From contig OZ253462.1 of NCBI GenBank assembly GCA_965261395.1, forward strand, positions 3,648,001-3,712,000: 64,000 nucleotides of DNA, in the 5' to 3' direction. The position numbers and the translations under genes are program-made. How positions within the stretch are numbered: the first letter of the stretch is position 1; each line of letters begins with the position of its first letter. Below the pieces are notes generated by a model. The model was not told the origin of the DNA. It was given only the letters and a program-made list of their open reading frames with translations, and searched no databases. This document shows positions 10,042 to 18,465 of this stretch, piece by piece. This stretch comes from Candidatus Latescibacterota bacterium. GTDB lineage: Bacteria; Latescibacterota; UBA2968; UBA8231.

Positions 10042-11392
10042 GCGCACTGAGATCAAAGAACGCCTCGCCCAAGAGGGCATTGAATTCCTACTCGTCCAGT
10101 TCGTCGATATGACCGGCGCGCCCAAAGTGAAGATGGTGCCGGTGACGGCACTCGACGACGCGCTTGACGAAGGCGCGGGTTTTGCCGGCGCGTCTATTTG
10201 GGGCTTGGGACAGGGGCCGCACTCGCACGATATGCTGGCGCGGATCGACCTCGATTCATACGCGCGGCTGTCTTGGCAGCCGAACACCGTGCGCTTTGCT
10301 AGCGATCTCTTCGTCGATGGGGAGCCGCATCCCTATTGCTCGCGCACCAACCTTCAGAGGGTACTCGCCGATGCCGCGCAACAGGGCTATGTCTTCAACG
10401 TGGGTATGGAGCCGGAGCACTTTCTCGTCGCGCGCGATGAAGACGGTTCGATCCGGCCCTGGGACCCGGACGGCGTGGACTCGCTGGCCAAGCCCTGCTA
10501 CGACTTCCGCTCCATGTCGCCGGCGATGGCGTACTTGCAGGAGTTAACTTGGTCGCTCAACGACATGGGCTGGGGGGTTTATCAGTGCGACCACGAGGAC
10601 GCCAACGGGCAATTCGAGGTCAACTTCGACTACGCCGACGCGCTGACCACCTCGGACCGCATCATCTTCTTCAAGATGGCCACCTCGCAGATCGCCAAAA
10701 AGTACGGTGCGATTGCCTCGCACATGCCCAAGCCGTTTGCCGACCGCACTGGCAGCGGCTTGCACGCGCACTACCATCTGGCCGACGCCGAGTCGGGCGA
10801 GAATCTGTTCTTGGACGAGGGGGACGCGCGGGGCTTGGGCTGCTCAAAGATGGCCTACCACTTCCTCGGCGGCATTTTGCACCACGCCCGCGCGCTCTGC
10901 GCGGTGACTAGCCCGACGGTGAACTGCTACAAGCGCCTCCAACTCGGCGCGGGAATCTATTCGAGTCGCTCGGGTTTTACTTGGACGCCGGCGTTTATCA
11001 CCTACGGCGACAACAACCGCACGCAGATGATCCGCACCGCCGGCGAGGGGCATTTTGAAGATCGCACGGTCAGCGCCGCGGCCAATCCCTATCTGGCTCT
11101 GGCCGCCTATCTGGTCGCCGGTCTCGACGGCATTGAGCGCGGCTTGGAGCCGGGCGAGCCAAATCTGGGCAACATGTATGAGCGCTCCCTCGACGAGATC
11201 GAGGCGGCAGGGGTGCAGCTTTTGCCGCAGTCGCTGGCCGAGGCGCTCGACGCGCTGCACGAGGACGAAGTGGTGCAGAGCGCGCTAGGCCCCATTGCCG
11301 ACGAATTCCTCCAGATAAAAGCCGACGAGTGGGCCGAGTACGACAGCCAAGTCAGCCGCTGGGAGATCGACCGGTACTTGACCTCCTGCTGA
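10034..11392 (+). CDS. gmaS: Gamma-glutamylmethylamide synthetase (glutamine synthetase-like, often annotated glnT)
   Basis: GTG start after aaaggag; GFAGA, EPEHF, DHEDANGQFE, MPKPF, GSGLH, NNRTQMIR; adjacent to mgsABC. Confidence 0.85.
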   Translation: MTERTEIKERLAQEGIEFLLVQFVDMTGAPKVKMVPVTALDDALDEGAGFAGASIWGLGQGPHSHDMLARIDLDSYARLSWQPNTVRFASDLFVDGEPHPYCSRTNLQRVLADAAQQGYVFNVGMEPEHFLVARDEDGSIRPWDPDGVDSLAKPCYDFRSMSPAMAYLQELTWSLNDMGWGVYQCDHEDANGQFEVNFDYADALTTSDRIIFFKMATSQIAKKYGAIASHMPKPFADRTGSGLHAHYHLADAESGENLFLDEGDARGLGCSKMAYHFLGGILHHARALCAVTSPTVNCYKRLQLGAGIYSSRSGFTWTPAFITYGDNNRTQMIRTAGEGHFEDRTVSAAANPYLALAAYLVAGLDGIERGLEPGEPNLGNMYERSLDEIEAAGVQLLPQSLAEALDALHEDEVVQSALGPIADEFLQIKADEWAEYDSQVSRWEIDRYLTSC

Positions 11393-11427
11393 AGTTCGCT
11401 TGTTTATCTTGTGAAAAGGGAAGCCAA

Positions 11428-11853
11428 ATGCCAAGTAAAACCCATAAAAAAATGGTTTTGGCTATTGAACAGCTATTCCTGGAGAAGTACCAACTTGGAA
11501 TATCAAAGGAATGGCTTGTGACAGTCGATCATAATGAAGAACGCCATTCTCCAGAGAGAATTGGGGGTTATAGACCAGACTTTCATGCGTGGTCGATGGT
11601 TCAAAAGCGTAATATTATCGGTGAAGCGAAAGTAGTGGATGATCTGAGGGCCAAACGAAGCCAACAACAAATAAAGACATTTATCAGGTGGTTGGCTGAA
11701 CAGGGCAGCGACTCTGTTTTCGTACTTTGCGTATCGCTTGGTTGGGTTCCAGATGCTAAATGTCTGATTAGATGTTGCCAGTACGCTAAAAGCGTAACTA
11801 TCCACCTGATAGACCAAACAGGGTTTGAGCATCTCTATGCTTATCGGCACTGA
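11428..11853 (+). CDS. Small PD-(D/E)XK restriction-endonuclease-fold protein; first gene of the AT-rich operon
   Basis: ATG at 11428; motif YRPDFHAW...IIGEAK; base composition turns AT-rich right after the gmaS stop. Confidence 0.6.
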   Translation: MPSKTHKKMVLAIEQLFLEKYQLGISKEWLVTVDHNEERHSPERIGGYRPDFHAWSMVQKRNIIGEAKVVDDLRAKRSQQQIKTFIRWLAEQGSDSVFVLCVSLGWVPDAKCLIRCCQYAKSVTIHLIDQTGFEHLYAYRH

Positions 11854-13291
11854 AACGCTAAATCTGACGCCGACATTCGACCCATTTGCCTATCAATTGA
11901 ATGCGGTGGAAGAGGTGAAGGGGATGGAGTATGCAGCCCTTTTTCATGAGCAGGGTTTGGGAAAGACCAAGATTGCACTGGACCTAGCTCTTCTGTGGCT
12001 AAAAGGTCGGGTTTTAGATACTGTAATTATCATAACTAAGAAAGGATTAATACAGAATTGGAAAAAAGAAATCAGCATACATACAAAACTTTCCTTTGCT
12101 GTTCTGGATGGATATAGGGTAAAGAACACTTCAAAATACAATAAACCATTTCGATTGTATTTAACGCATTATGAAGCCGTGATAAATAATCAGAAGAATT
12201 TATCTCTGCTCCTGAAAACACGAAGAGTAGGAGTAATTCTTGACGAAGCTCATTACATGAAAAATCCTGATGGTCGCGTCGCAAAGGCTTTGTTCCAGCT
12301 AGGCCCAGAGTTCAAACACCGGATCATCATGACCGGAACCCCGGTAGCCAATCGTCCCTATGACATCTGGGCCTTGATATATTTTCTTGACCAAGGCAAG
12401 TCTCTCGGAGCCAACTTCAAGGCATTCAAGAGTAAATTTGATTTACCAGCTAATGTGCTCAACAATCATGATGAAGGCTATGAGCGGAGTCTTGAAGGTA
12501 TATTTGAAACTATAGAACCTTTCACAATACGTGAGACTAAGAGGAGTTCAGAGCTGAAGTTGCCACAGAAGACTTTGCGAAATTACGAAATTGAAATGAG
12601 AGGACAGCAGGCCGATTTGTACTCTCAGTACAAATCCGAACTATATGTGCAAATTATACGCGATGGCTCCCTGATGACTGACGATGTAAATTACATTCTG
12701 AAACAGATGATGCGGTTGGTTCAGGTCGCTTCCAATCCAATGATGGTGGATGAATCCTATAATGAACGACCTTGCAAAGTTGACGCTTTAGAATTGTTGA
12801 TTGGGCGAGTAAGTCTCGACGAGAAAATTATCGTATGGACCAATTTTATTGAAAATTCAGACTATCTTGCCAGTCTTTTTTCAGAAATGGGTTCACTAAA
12901 AATACATGGCAAGATGGATATGAATGCTCGCAATCATTCTGTCGAAAGGTTTTTACAGGATCCGAGTAAACGCCTTCTCGTTGCCACACCAGGTGCCGCA
13001 AAGGAAGGTTTGACTCTTACCGTGGCTAATCACGCCATATTCTTTGACCGCAATTTTAGTTTGAATGACTGGCTGCAAGCACAAGACAGAATTCACCGGA
13101 TTCGACAGGAGAGACCCTGTGAGATTACGCACCTTCTAGCCCGAGAGAGCATTGATTGCTGGATTGATCGGCTACTAATTTGCAAAAAGCGTTTTGCTGA
13201 ACTGGTACAAGGTGATAAGCCCCTAAAGGATGATAACCTGCTTGTAGAAACCGAAATCACCAACATCATCAATGGAGTGCTTCAACCATGA
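11837..13291 (+). CDS. Minimal SNF2-family (SF2) helicase/ATPase
   Basis: HEQGLGKT (motif I), DEAH (II), MTGTP (III), KEGLTLT (V), QAQDRIHRIRQ (VI); about 484 aa, little beyond the core. Confidence 0.9.
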   Translation: MLIGTETLNLTPTFDPFAYQLNAVEEVKGMEYAALFHEQGLGKTKIALDLALLWLKGRVLDTVIIITKKGLIQNWKKEISIHTKLSFAVLDGYRVKNTSKYNKPFRLYLTHYEAVINNQKNLSLLLKTRRVGVILDEAHYMKNPDGRVAKALFQLGPEFKHRIIMTGTPVANRPYDIWALIYFLDQGKSLGANFKAFKSKFDLPANVLNNHDEGYERSLEGIFETIEPFTIRETKRSSELKLPQKTLRNYEIEMRGQQADLYSQYKSELYVQIIRDGSLMTDDVNYILKQMMRLVQVASNPMMVDESYNERPCKVDALELLIGRVSLDEKIIVWTNFIENSDYLASLFSEMGSLKIHGKMDMNARNHSVERFLQDPSKRLLVATPGAAKEGLTLTVANHAIFFDRNFSLNDWLQAQDRIHRIRQERPCEITHLLARESIDCWIDRLLICKKRFAELVQGDKPLKDDNLLVETEITNIINGVLQP

Positions 13292-13356
13292 AACGAAGAA
13301 TTCTCAAAAAAGAATATCATTTTCTGGAATATAATACGGAATAAGTAGTATTTGGC

Positions 13357-13385
13357 TTGACATATCCTCTTTATCTTCGTATATT
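13357..13385 (+). promoter_or_regulatory. Sigma70-type promoter for the IS1595 transposase; -35 overlaps the left TIR
   Basis: TTGACA-17 nt-TATATT, then aagggag RBS and ATG at 13411. Confidence 0.75.
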
Positions 13386-13410
13386 TACAGTAAGAAAAGG
13401 GAGATACGCC

Positions 13411-14283
13411 ATGAACCTAATCACCATTTTTAATCAGTTCCCCGACCAACAATCTTGCATCGCTCATTTGGAGGCGATCCGCTGGCCGGAGCAAGCCTTT
13501 TGCCCACAATGTAGTAGCGACCGCGTAGCTCGCAAAGCTGAAAAAACGCTGGTTGGCCGGTGGAATTGCCATAAGTGCAAGTCGAGCTTTAACGTGCTGG
13601 CTGGTACCATTTTTAGCGGTACTCAAATCCCTCTGCAAAAGTGGTTTTTGGCAATCAGCTTAATGGCCAATGCGAAGAAGAGCTTGTCGAGCTATCAATT
13701 GGCCCGCGACTTGGAACTAAACCAGAAAACGGCATGGTACATGCAACAGCGTATCCGCGCGGCAATGGCAAGCGACGAAGGGGCCTTGTTGCAAGGAATC
13801 ATTGAGGCGGACGAAACCTATCTCGGCGGCAAGCCGCGCCACAAGGACAAGGACAACAGGCGCGGTCGTGGAGCTTCGGGCAAAACCTCCGTCGTGGGAG
13901 CCGTCCAGCGCAAGGGCGAAGTCAGGGCCGAAGTTACCGACGATACCAAGGGCGCGACCGTCTTGGGCTTTATCGAGCAGTCCGTAGAGCCGGAAGAATC
14001 CGCGCTTATCACCGACGAGTACAAAGCCTACACCAAAGCCTACAAGCTTATGCCCCATCGCGTCGTCAATCACGGTGAAGGCTTTGTCGATGCCGACGAC
14101 AAGACCCTCCACACCAACACCATTGAAGGCTTTTGGAGCTTGCTTAAGCGAGCATGGTACGGCTCACACCACAAGTACACCAAAGGCTGGTCGCCACTGT
14201 TTGTGGCTGAGGCTGTCTGGAAGTATAACCATCGCAAGGATGACGATAGCTTTAACGGCCTATTGAGGACTTGCTTCGCGTAG
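13411..14283 (+). CDS. IS1595-family DDE transposase
   Basis: Zn ribbon CPQC...CHKC, GTIFSGT, EADETY, ITDEYKAY, VNH, HTNTIEGFWSLLKR. Confidence 0.95.
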   Translation: MNLITIFNQFPDQQSCIAHLEAIRWPEQAFCPQCSSDRVARKAEKTLVGRWNCHKCKSSFNVLAGTIFSGTQIPLQKWFLAISLMANAKKSLSSYQLARDLELNQKTAWYMQQRIRAAMASDEGALLQGIIEADETYLGGKPRHKDKDNRRGRGASGKTSVVGAVQRKGEVRAEVTDDTKGATVLGFIEQSVEPEESALITDEYKAYTKAYKLMPHRVVNHGEGFVDADDKTLHTNTIEGFWSLLKRAWYGSHHKYTKGWSPLFVAEAVWKYNHRKDDDSFNGLLRTCFA

Positions 14284-14296
14284 CAACTTGACGCAC

Positions 14297-14336
14297 ATCT
14301 CCTTAGTGTACTAAATTGTCAGTACACTAAGGAGGT
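14297..14336. promoter_or_regulatory. Inverted repeat downstream of the transposase that overlaps the RBS of a small ORF at 14342
   Basis: ctccttagtgtact (14299-14312) / agtacactaaggag (14321-14334), 14 bp perfect; the right arm holds most of AAGGAGG. Confidence 0.55.
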
Positions 14337-14453
14337 ATAGCATGGATGGTACTCTGAGTACTAACAAAAAAGAAGCGACTTACAAGAAAATAATATTTTT
14401 CCAGAAAGACCAAAAATATCAGATAGAAGACTATCTAAACTCAAAAGTTATAA

Positions 14454-15385
14454 GAAGCCGTCTGAAAACTATATTTTTTCTATTTGATCCGTTTGAGCAG
14501 CAAGTGGATCATAGCAATCTGGATCAAGGCTTCGCTATGGTGGGTCAACACCTCATAATCTCGGGCATGTCGGCGAAAATTCATCAACCACGCAAACGTG
14601 CGCTCGACGACCCAACGGCGTGGTAACACCTCAAAGCCGGGGCCTTGTTTGGCGACGACTTCCAAGTCTATTTTGTGCGTCTTTTTTACGTTAGCCACCC
14701 ACGTTCGGATCGGATCGCCTCGATAGCCGCCATCGCCCCACAGTTTGCGTAACCGGGCTACGCCGGAGGCCCCCAAGCGGGTCAACACCTGCTTGAGGCC
14801 GTCCCGATCCTCTACATCGGCGGCGGTGACCACCACCTGTCTAAGCAAGCCCGAGGTGTCGACCAACAGATGACGCTTGCGCCCCTTGACCTTTTTTCCG
14901 GCGTCATAACCGGTTGTTTTACCATGGGTTGCCGTCTTGATCGTCTGACTATCGACTACGCCAGCCGACGGCGTTGGAGCCCGTCCGTTGAGGCGGCGTT
15001 CCCGCTGGGTGAGTCGATCCAATACCTGCGGCCAGACCCCTTGTAGACTCCAGCGACGAAAGTAACCATACACCGTTTTCCACGGTCCAAAACAAGAAGG
15101 CAACAAAGCCCAAGGACAACCGGTCTTGGTCAGATACAAAAGGCCGTTGACGATCTGGCGTCGATCCCGCGGTGGCCGACCCGGACCGTTCGGCTGCCAT
15201 GTCGAAGCCGGCAGCAACGGTTCGATCCGACGCCATTGCACATCGGTTACATCGGTGGCATATTGCCTACTAGGCGTACTCATCATACGAGCCTTTCTGT
15301 TCAGATTTTGTCGCGAAACCTGAATATGGCTCGATGAGTACGCCGATTCAAATACCGGCTACAGCAAGGGTTTTCAGACGGCTTC
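14454..15385 (-). mobile_element. IS5-family insertion sequence (IS1031-like group, 932 bp) nested in the IS1595 passenger region
   Basis: 16-bp TIRs gaagccgtctgaaaac / gttttcagacggcttc; 3-bp TSD taa at 14451-14453 and 15386-15388. Confidence 0.95.
14480..15286 (-). CDS. IS5-family transposase
   Basis: YATDVTDVQW, TGCPW, VDSQT, GYDAGKKVKGRKRHLLVD, DGGY, RWVVERTFAW. Confidence 0.95.
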   Translation of the reverse strand: MMSTPSRQYATDVTDVQWRRIEPLLPASTWQPNGPGRPPRDRRQIVNGLLYLTKTGCPWALLPSCFGPWKTVYGYFRRWSLQGVWPQVLDRLTQRERRLNGRAPTPSAGVVDSQTIKTATHGKTTGYDAGKKVKGRKRHLLVDTSGLLRQVVVTAADVEDRDGLKQVLTRLGASGVARLRKLWGDGGYRGDPIRTWVANVKKTHKIDLEVVAKQGPGFEVLPRRWVVERTFAWLMNFRRHARDYEVLTHHSEALIQIAMIHLLLKRIK

Positions 15386-15639
15386 TAAGAATTTCTCCAT
15401 CATCAGTTGTTGTCATTGTAGGCAAAGAGATCCAATCTGTTTCCTGATCTCCTTTCCCATAACGTATTCTTACTTCGTAATTTTTATTCGGAAACAGATT
15501 TTGAATTACTATCCCATTTTCGACCTGTCGAAAATTACTATTCCCAGTCGGACGAATAAATTCAGGTTCATCTGCTAAACGGTATTCTACATCAGTCCAA
15601 ATCCGTTCATCAGCCATCGTCTAGCTCCTTCTAGTTGAT

Positions 15640-15772
15640 GGTTAGGTGGCTCCAGTCTCGGTAACTGGGGCCGCTATTAGAGCGCAGCAGGTAGTTAGAA
15701 CATATCTTTATCCTTAGTTCCGCGGTACACGGAGCCACCGGGCATTACAGCCCGGACTACCTGCTGCGCCTT
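15640..15772 (-). ncRNA. Candidate structured RNA or leader between the right-TIR promoter and the passenger gene
   Basis: 14-bp perfect outer stem (15682-15695/15756-15769) enclosing smaller hairpins; a 9-nt segment at 15731-15739 is complementary to 15645-15653. Confidence 0.45.
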
Positions 15773-15784
15773 TTATAGTGGGCA

Positions 15785-15813
15785 AAAGTACTACAGACAG
15801 ACTACCAAGTCAA
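15785..15813 (-). promoter_or_regulatory. Inward-facing sigma70-type promoter from the right TIR of the IS1595 element
   Basis: Minus strand TTGACT-17 nt-TACTTT. Confidence 0.6.
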
Positions 15814-16816
15814 GCCAAATACTACTTATTCCGATATAATATATCCATTGAAAAACTACGCTTTTGGCCAGAAAACCCTCGGGTGTATTCAGAAATATTC
15901 TCTCTCTATGGAAATACAGGAGATGGAAGTTTAAATGCAAGCCAGTTGCAGGAGAAAGTTTTTCAAAAGCTCAAAGGTCGTGACGATGTACGTGAACTTC
16001 GCCGGAAGGTTGAAGATGCGGGTGGGCTGACTGAACCCTTAATCGTTCGTAAGAATTCAGATGATAGTTACTACGATGTTCTGGAGGGCAATCGGCGTCT
16101 TGCGGCGTGCCGAATGATAATAGACCGCAATGGCGATAGAGGCTCAGAATTGTACAACTCTGTTTCTTCGTTGGTGTGCGAAGTCGTTAGTGAAGACGTA
16201 GATGAAAGCGTAATTTTTTCTTTTTTAGGAAACCTACATATCGAAGGGAAGCATCCTTGGACTCCTTTTGCTAAAGCATGCTGTATTGAAAGAAGGTTAG
16301 AGAGTACTGGAGGAGATTTGTCAATAGTTTCCAAGGAAATAGGAGAAAGTTCGAAGGAAATTCAAACACAAATTGCAACCATTAAATTGATGGAAGAAGC
16401 CGGTGAGAGAAATGAGGCAAGGTACAGTTACTACGATATTCTTAATCGTAACAGAAAAACCAAAGGAGAAATGGAAGATTCGCCATCAAAAAAGAAAAAG
16501 CTCTTGGAGGAAGCAAAGACATGGGAAGGTACAGCTCTACGGTTCAGAGATGAGCTGAAAGACACATTTGACGACAGAAATGCTATGAAGAAATTCTTGA
16601 ATGGCAAGAAAAGTCTTGAGGATGCTGCTGAAGAAGCAAGAGAAAAAGGCAGCACGAATGTCATCCTAAAAAGGATAAAAACCTTTCGTGAGTTAACTTT
16701 AAAGGATAAAAAAGAAATAATATCATCAATTCCAACTACTCCAAATTTAAAATATGAATTTGGTAAATTAAGACAATTAATTGAGCAAATAAACAAAAAA
16801 CTGGAGGAAGAGAAAA

Positions 16817-18457
16817 ATGGCTAATATTCTCCTTTTAGAACCTGGTTATCGAAACAAGTACCCACCATTAGGTCTGATGAAGATTGCAGCCTATCATCGC
16901 ACCAAGTCAGATCATATTGTCTTTGCTAAAGGCATAAAACCGGAACTGCTGGAGACTCGTTGGGACCGGATTTACGTTACTACGCTCTTTTCGTTCGAAT
17001 TCAAACGTATTGCCGAGCAGATAGACTTTGCAATTGAATGTGCGGGAGGCCAGCATCGGCGCGTTTTAGTTGGCGGTATTGCTGCGTCTCTGATGACTGA
17101 GGAATTTCTGCAGGAACCGCGTTGGTTTGGCGTCCGCTTCATTAGTGGCCTACTCGACAGGTCACCGGCAGATTCTCTTCAATTGGATGCTTTTAGCGGC
17201 GATTTGTATGCAGATGATACTGATGGCACAGCAATAGAAGAGTATATTCCCGATTACACTATCCTGTCACATATTGAAAATGACTATATCTATCCGGTCA
17301 ATGATGCCTATTTTGGTTATGCTTCACGCGGTTGTATTCGCAAATGTCATTTCTGTGGGGTTCCAAAGTTGGAAGGTATGCAGCGTGACGGCATGTCTAT
17401 CAGTGCTCTGGTATATGGGATCAGCAAGCAGCACGGAGAGAAACGTGACCTTATTCTTATGGACAACAACATCACAGCTAGTTTACGTTACAAGGAAATT
17501 ATTGCCGAGATCAGAGACTTGGGCTTTGAGCGAGGGGCTACCCTGAAACGTAACGGGCGAGAAATAAGACGGAGGGTGGATTTCAATCAAGGTGTAGATG
17601 CACGCATACTATGCAAGGACAAAATGTATCTTCGTGAAATGTCCACCATTTGTATTAGTCCTCTACGGATTGCCTTTGACCATTTAGGCTTAAAAAAGGT
17701 CTATAGAAAGGCTGTCCATTACGCCAGTGAGTTTGGAATCACCCAATTGTCAAATTATATGCTGTACAATTTTTATGATACGCCACAAGATTTATATGAA
17801 CGTCTGCGTATCAATATTGATCTCAATGAGGAACTCGGCGTCCGAATATGGTCATTTCCGATGCGTTATCAGCCCGTCTATCTGAAAGACAGAAGTCATG
17901 TCGGGGAAAAATGGATTTGGTACTGGCTACGTTCGTTCCAAGTCATATTGCAAGCAACTCATGGCGTTGTCAGTGGCAATCCTGAATACTTTAACCGAGC
18001 TTTCGGCGATACACAGGAAGACTTCCTGCGCCTATTGTCACTTCCCCACCACATGATTTTTCACAGAGATTATTACGAATTCCATGAGGGTCAAACGGAG
18101 AAAGAGGAATATATGGCCCTATTAGGAAAATTGACGAATTTACAGCGTAATGAATTGAAGGAGAGTCTCTCGCAGTTGACATCGTCCAGTTTTTCCGGTT
18201 TGGATAGCCTCATCCATTTTACGAAGGACAAGACGGTAAAGCAGTTGCTTGAATTCTATCGACCCCTTGATAGAGAAGCCAAAGATACTATCCAGACACT
18301 AGAGAAAGACCGAAAGCTATTGAATTTTGGAAATGCTGTTGACTCAGATCTTGCTGAAGAAGAAAGAGTAGAAGACGCGGGGCTATTTGAAGATGAACCG
18401 GCCAAGAACGAAAAAAGAAATCAATTGATCAGAGAACCCATTGTGATTGCCAAATAG
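16817..18457 (+). CDS. Radical SAM protein with a B12-binding-like N-terminal domain
   Basis: SRGCIRKCHFC (CxxxCxxC); N-terminal YPPLGLMKI, DRIYVTTLF, LVGGIAAS resemble the cobalamin-binding domain of class B enzymes; MDNN, DFNQGVDAR. Confidence 0.85.
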   Translation: MANILLLEPGYRNKYPPLGLMKIAAYHRTKSDHIVFAKGIKPELLETRWDRIYVTTLFSFEFKRIAEQIDFAIECAGGQHRRVLVGGIAASLMTEEFLQEPRWFGVRFISGLLDRSPADSLQLDAFSGDLYADDTDGTAIEEYIPDYTILSHIENDYIYPVNDAYFGYASRGCIRKCHFCGVPKLEGMQRDGMSISALVYGISKQHGEKRDLILMDNNITASLRYKEIIAEIRDLGFERGATLKRNGREIRRRVDFNQGVDARILCKDKMYLREMSTICISPLRIAFDHLGLKKVYRKAVHYASEFGITQLSNYMLYNFYDTPQDLYERLRINIDLNEELGVRIWSFPMRYQPVYLKDRSHVGEKWIWYWLRSFQVILQATHGVVSGNPEYFNRAFGDTQEDFLRLLSLPHHMIFHRDYYEFHEGQTEKEEYMALLGKLTNLQRNELKESLSQLTSSSFSGLDSLIHFTKDKTVKQLLEFYRPLDREAKDTIQTLEKDRKLLNFGNAVDSDLAEEERVEDAGLFEDEPAKNEKRNQLIREPIVIAK

Positions 18458-18465
18458 GCTGAACG

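Larger units (their letters stand above)
14431..15617 (-). pseudogene. Small IS1595 passenger gene (83 aa reconstructed, fibronectin-III-like pattern) with its 3' end interrupted by IS5
   Basis: RBS aaggag before ATG 15617; removing IS5 gives ...DDGEILITFEFR* (stop 14431-14433); VEYR...IQNLFPNKNYEVRIR resembles FN3 strands. Confidence 0.55.
13337..15833 (+). mobile_element. IS1595-family element with passenger DNA (2497 bp; 1562 bp without the nested IS5)
   Basis: Perfect 25-bp TIRs cggaataagtagtatttggcttgac (13337-13361) and its reverse complement (15809-15833); 8-bp TSD atataata at 13329-13336 and 15834-15841. Confidence 0.95.
13288..16824 (+). pseudogene. ParB/Srx-like N-terminal-domain protein interrupted by the IS1595 element (343 aa when reconstructed)
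   Basis: ATGA overlap with the helicase stop; removing 13337-15841 joins MKRRILKKEYHFLEYN to ISIEKLRFWPENPR in frame; motifs ENPR, EPLIV, VLEGNRRL, WTPFAKA. Confidence 0.85.

Noticed and set aside
15778-15841. GTG start of the 348-aa ORF as the native start
   Set aside because: These codons lie in the IS1595 right end and TSD; the native start is ATG 13288.
16817-18457. Prokaryotic viperin or QueE (Dpd system) assignment
   Set aside because: Length and the B12-like N-terminus fit neither; no TGT, QueC, QueD or FolE genes nearby.
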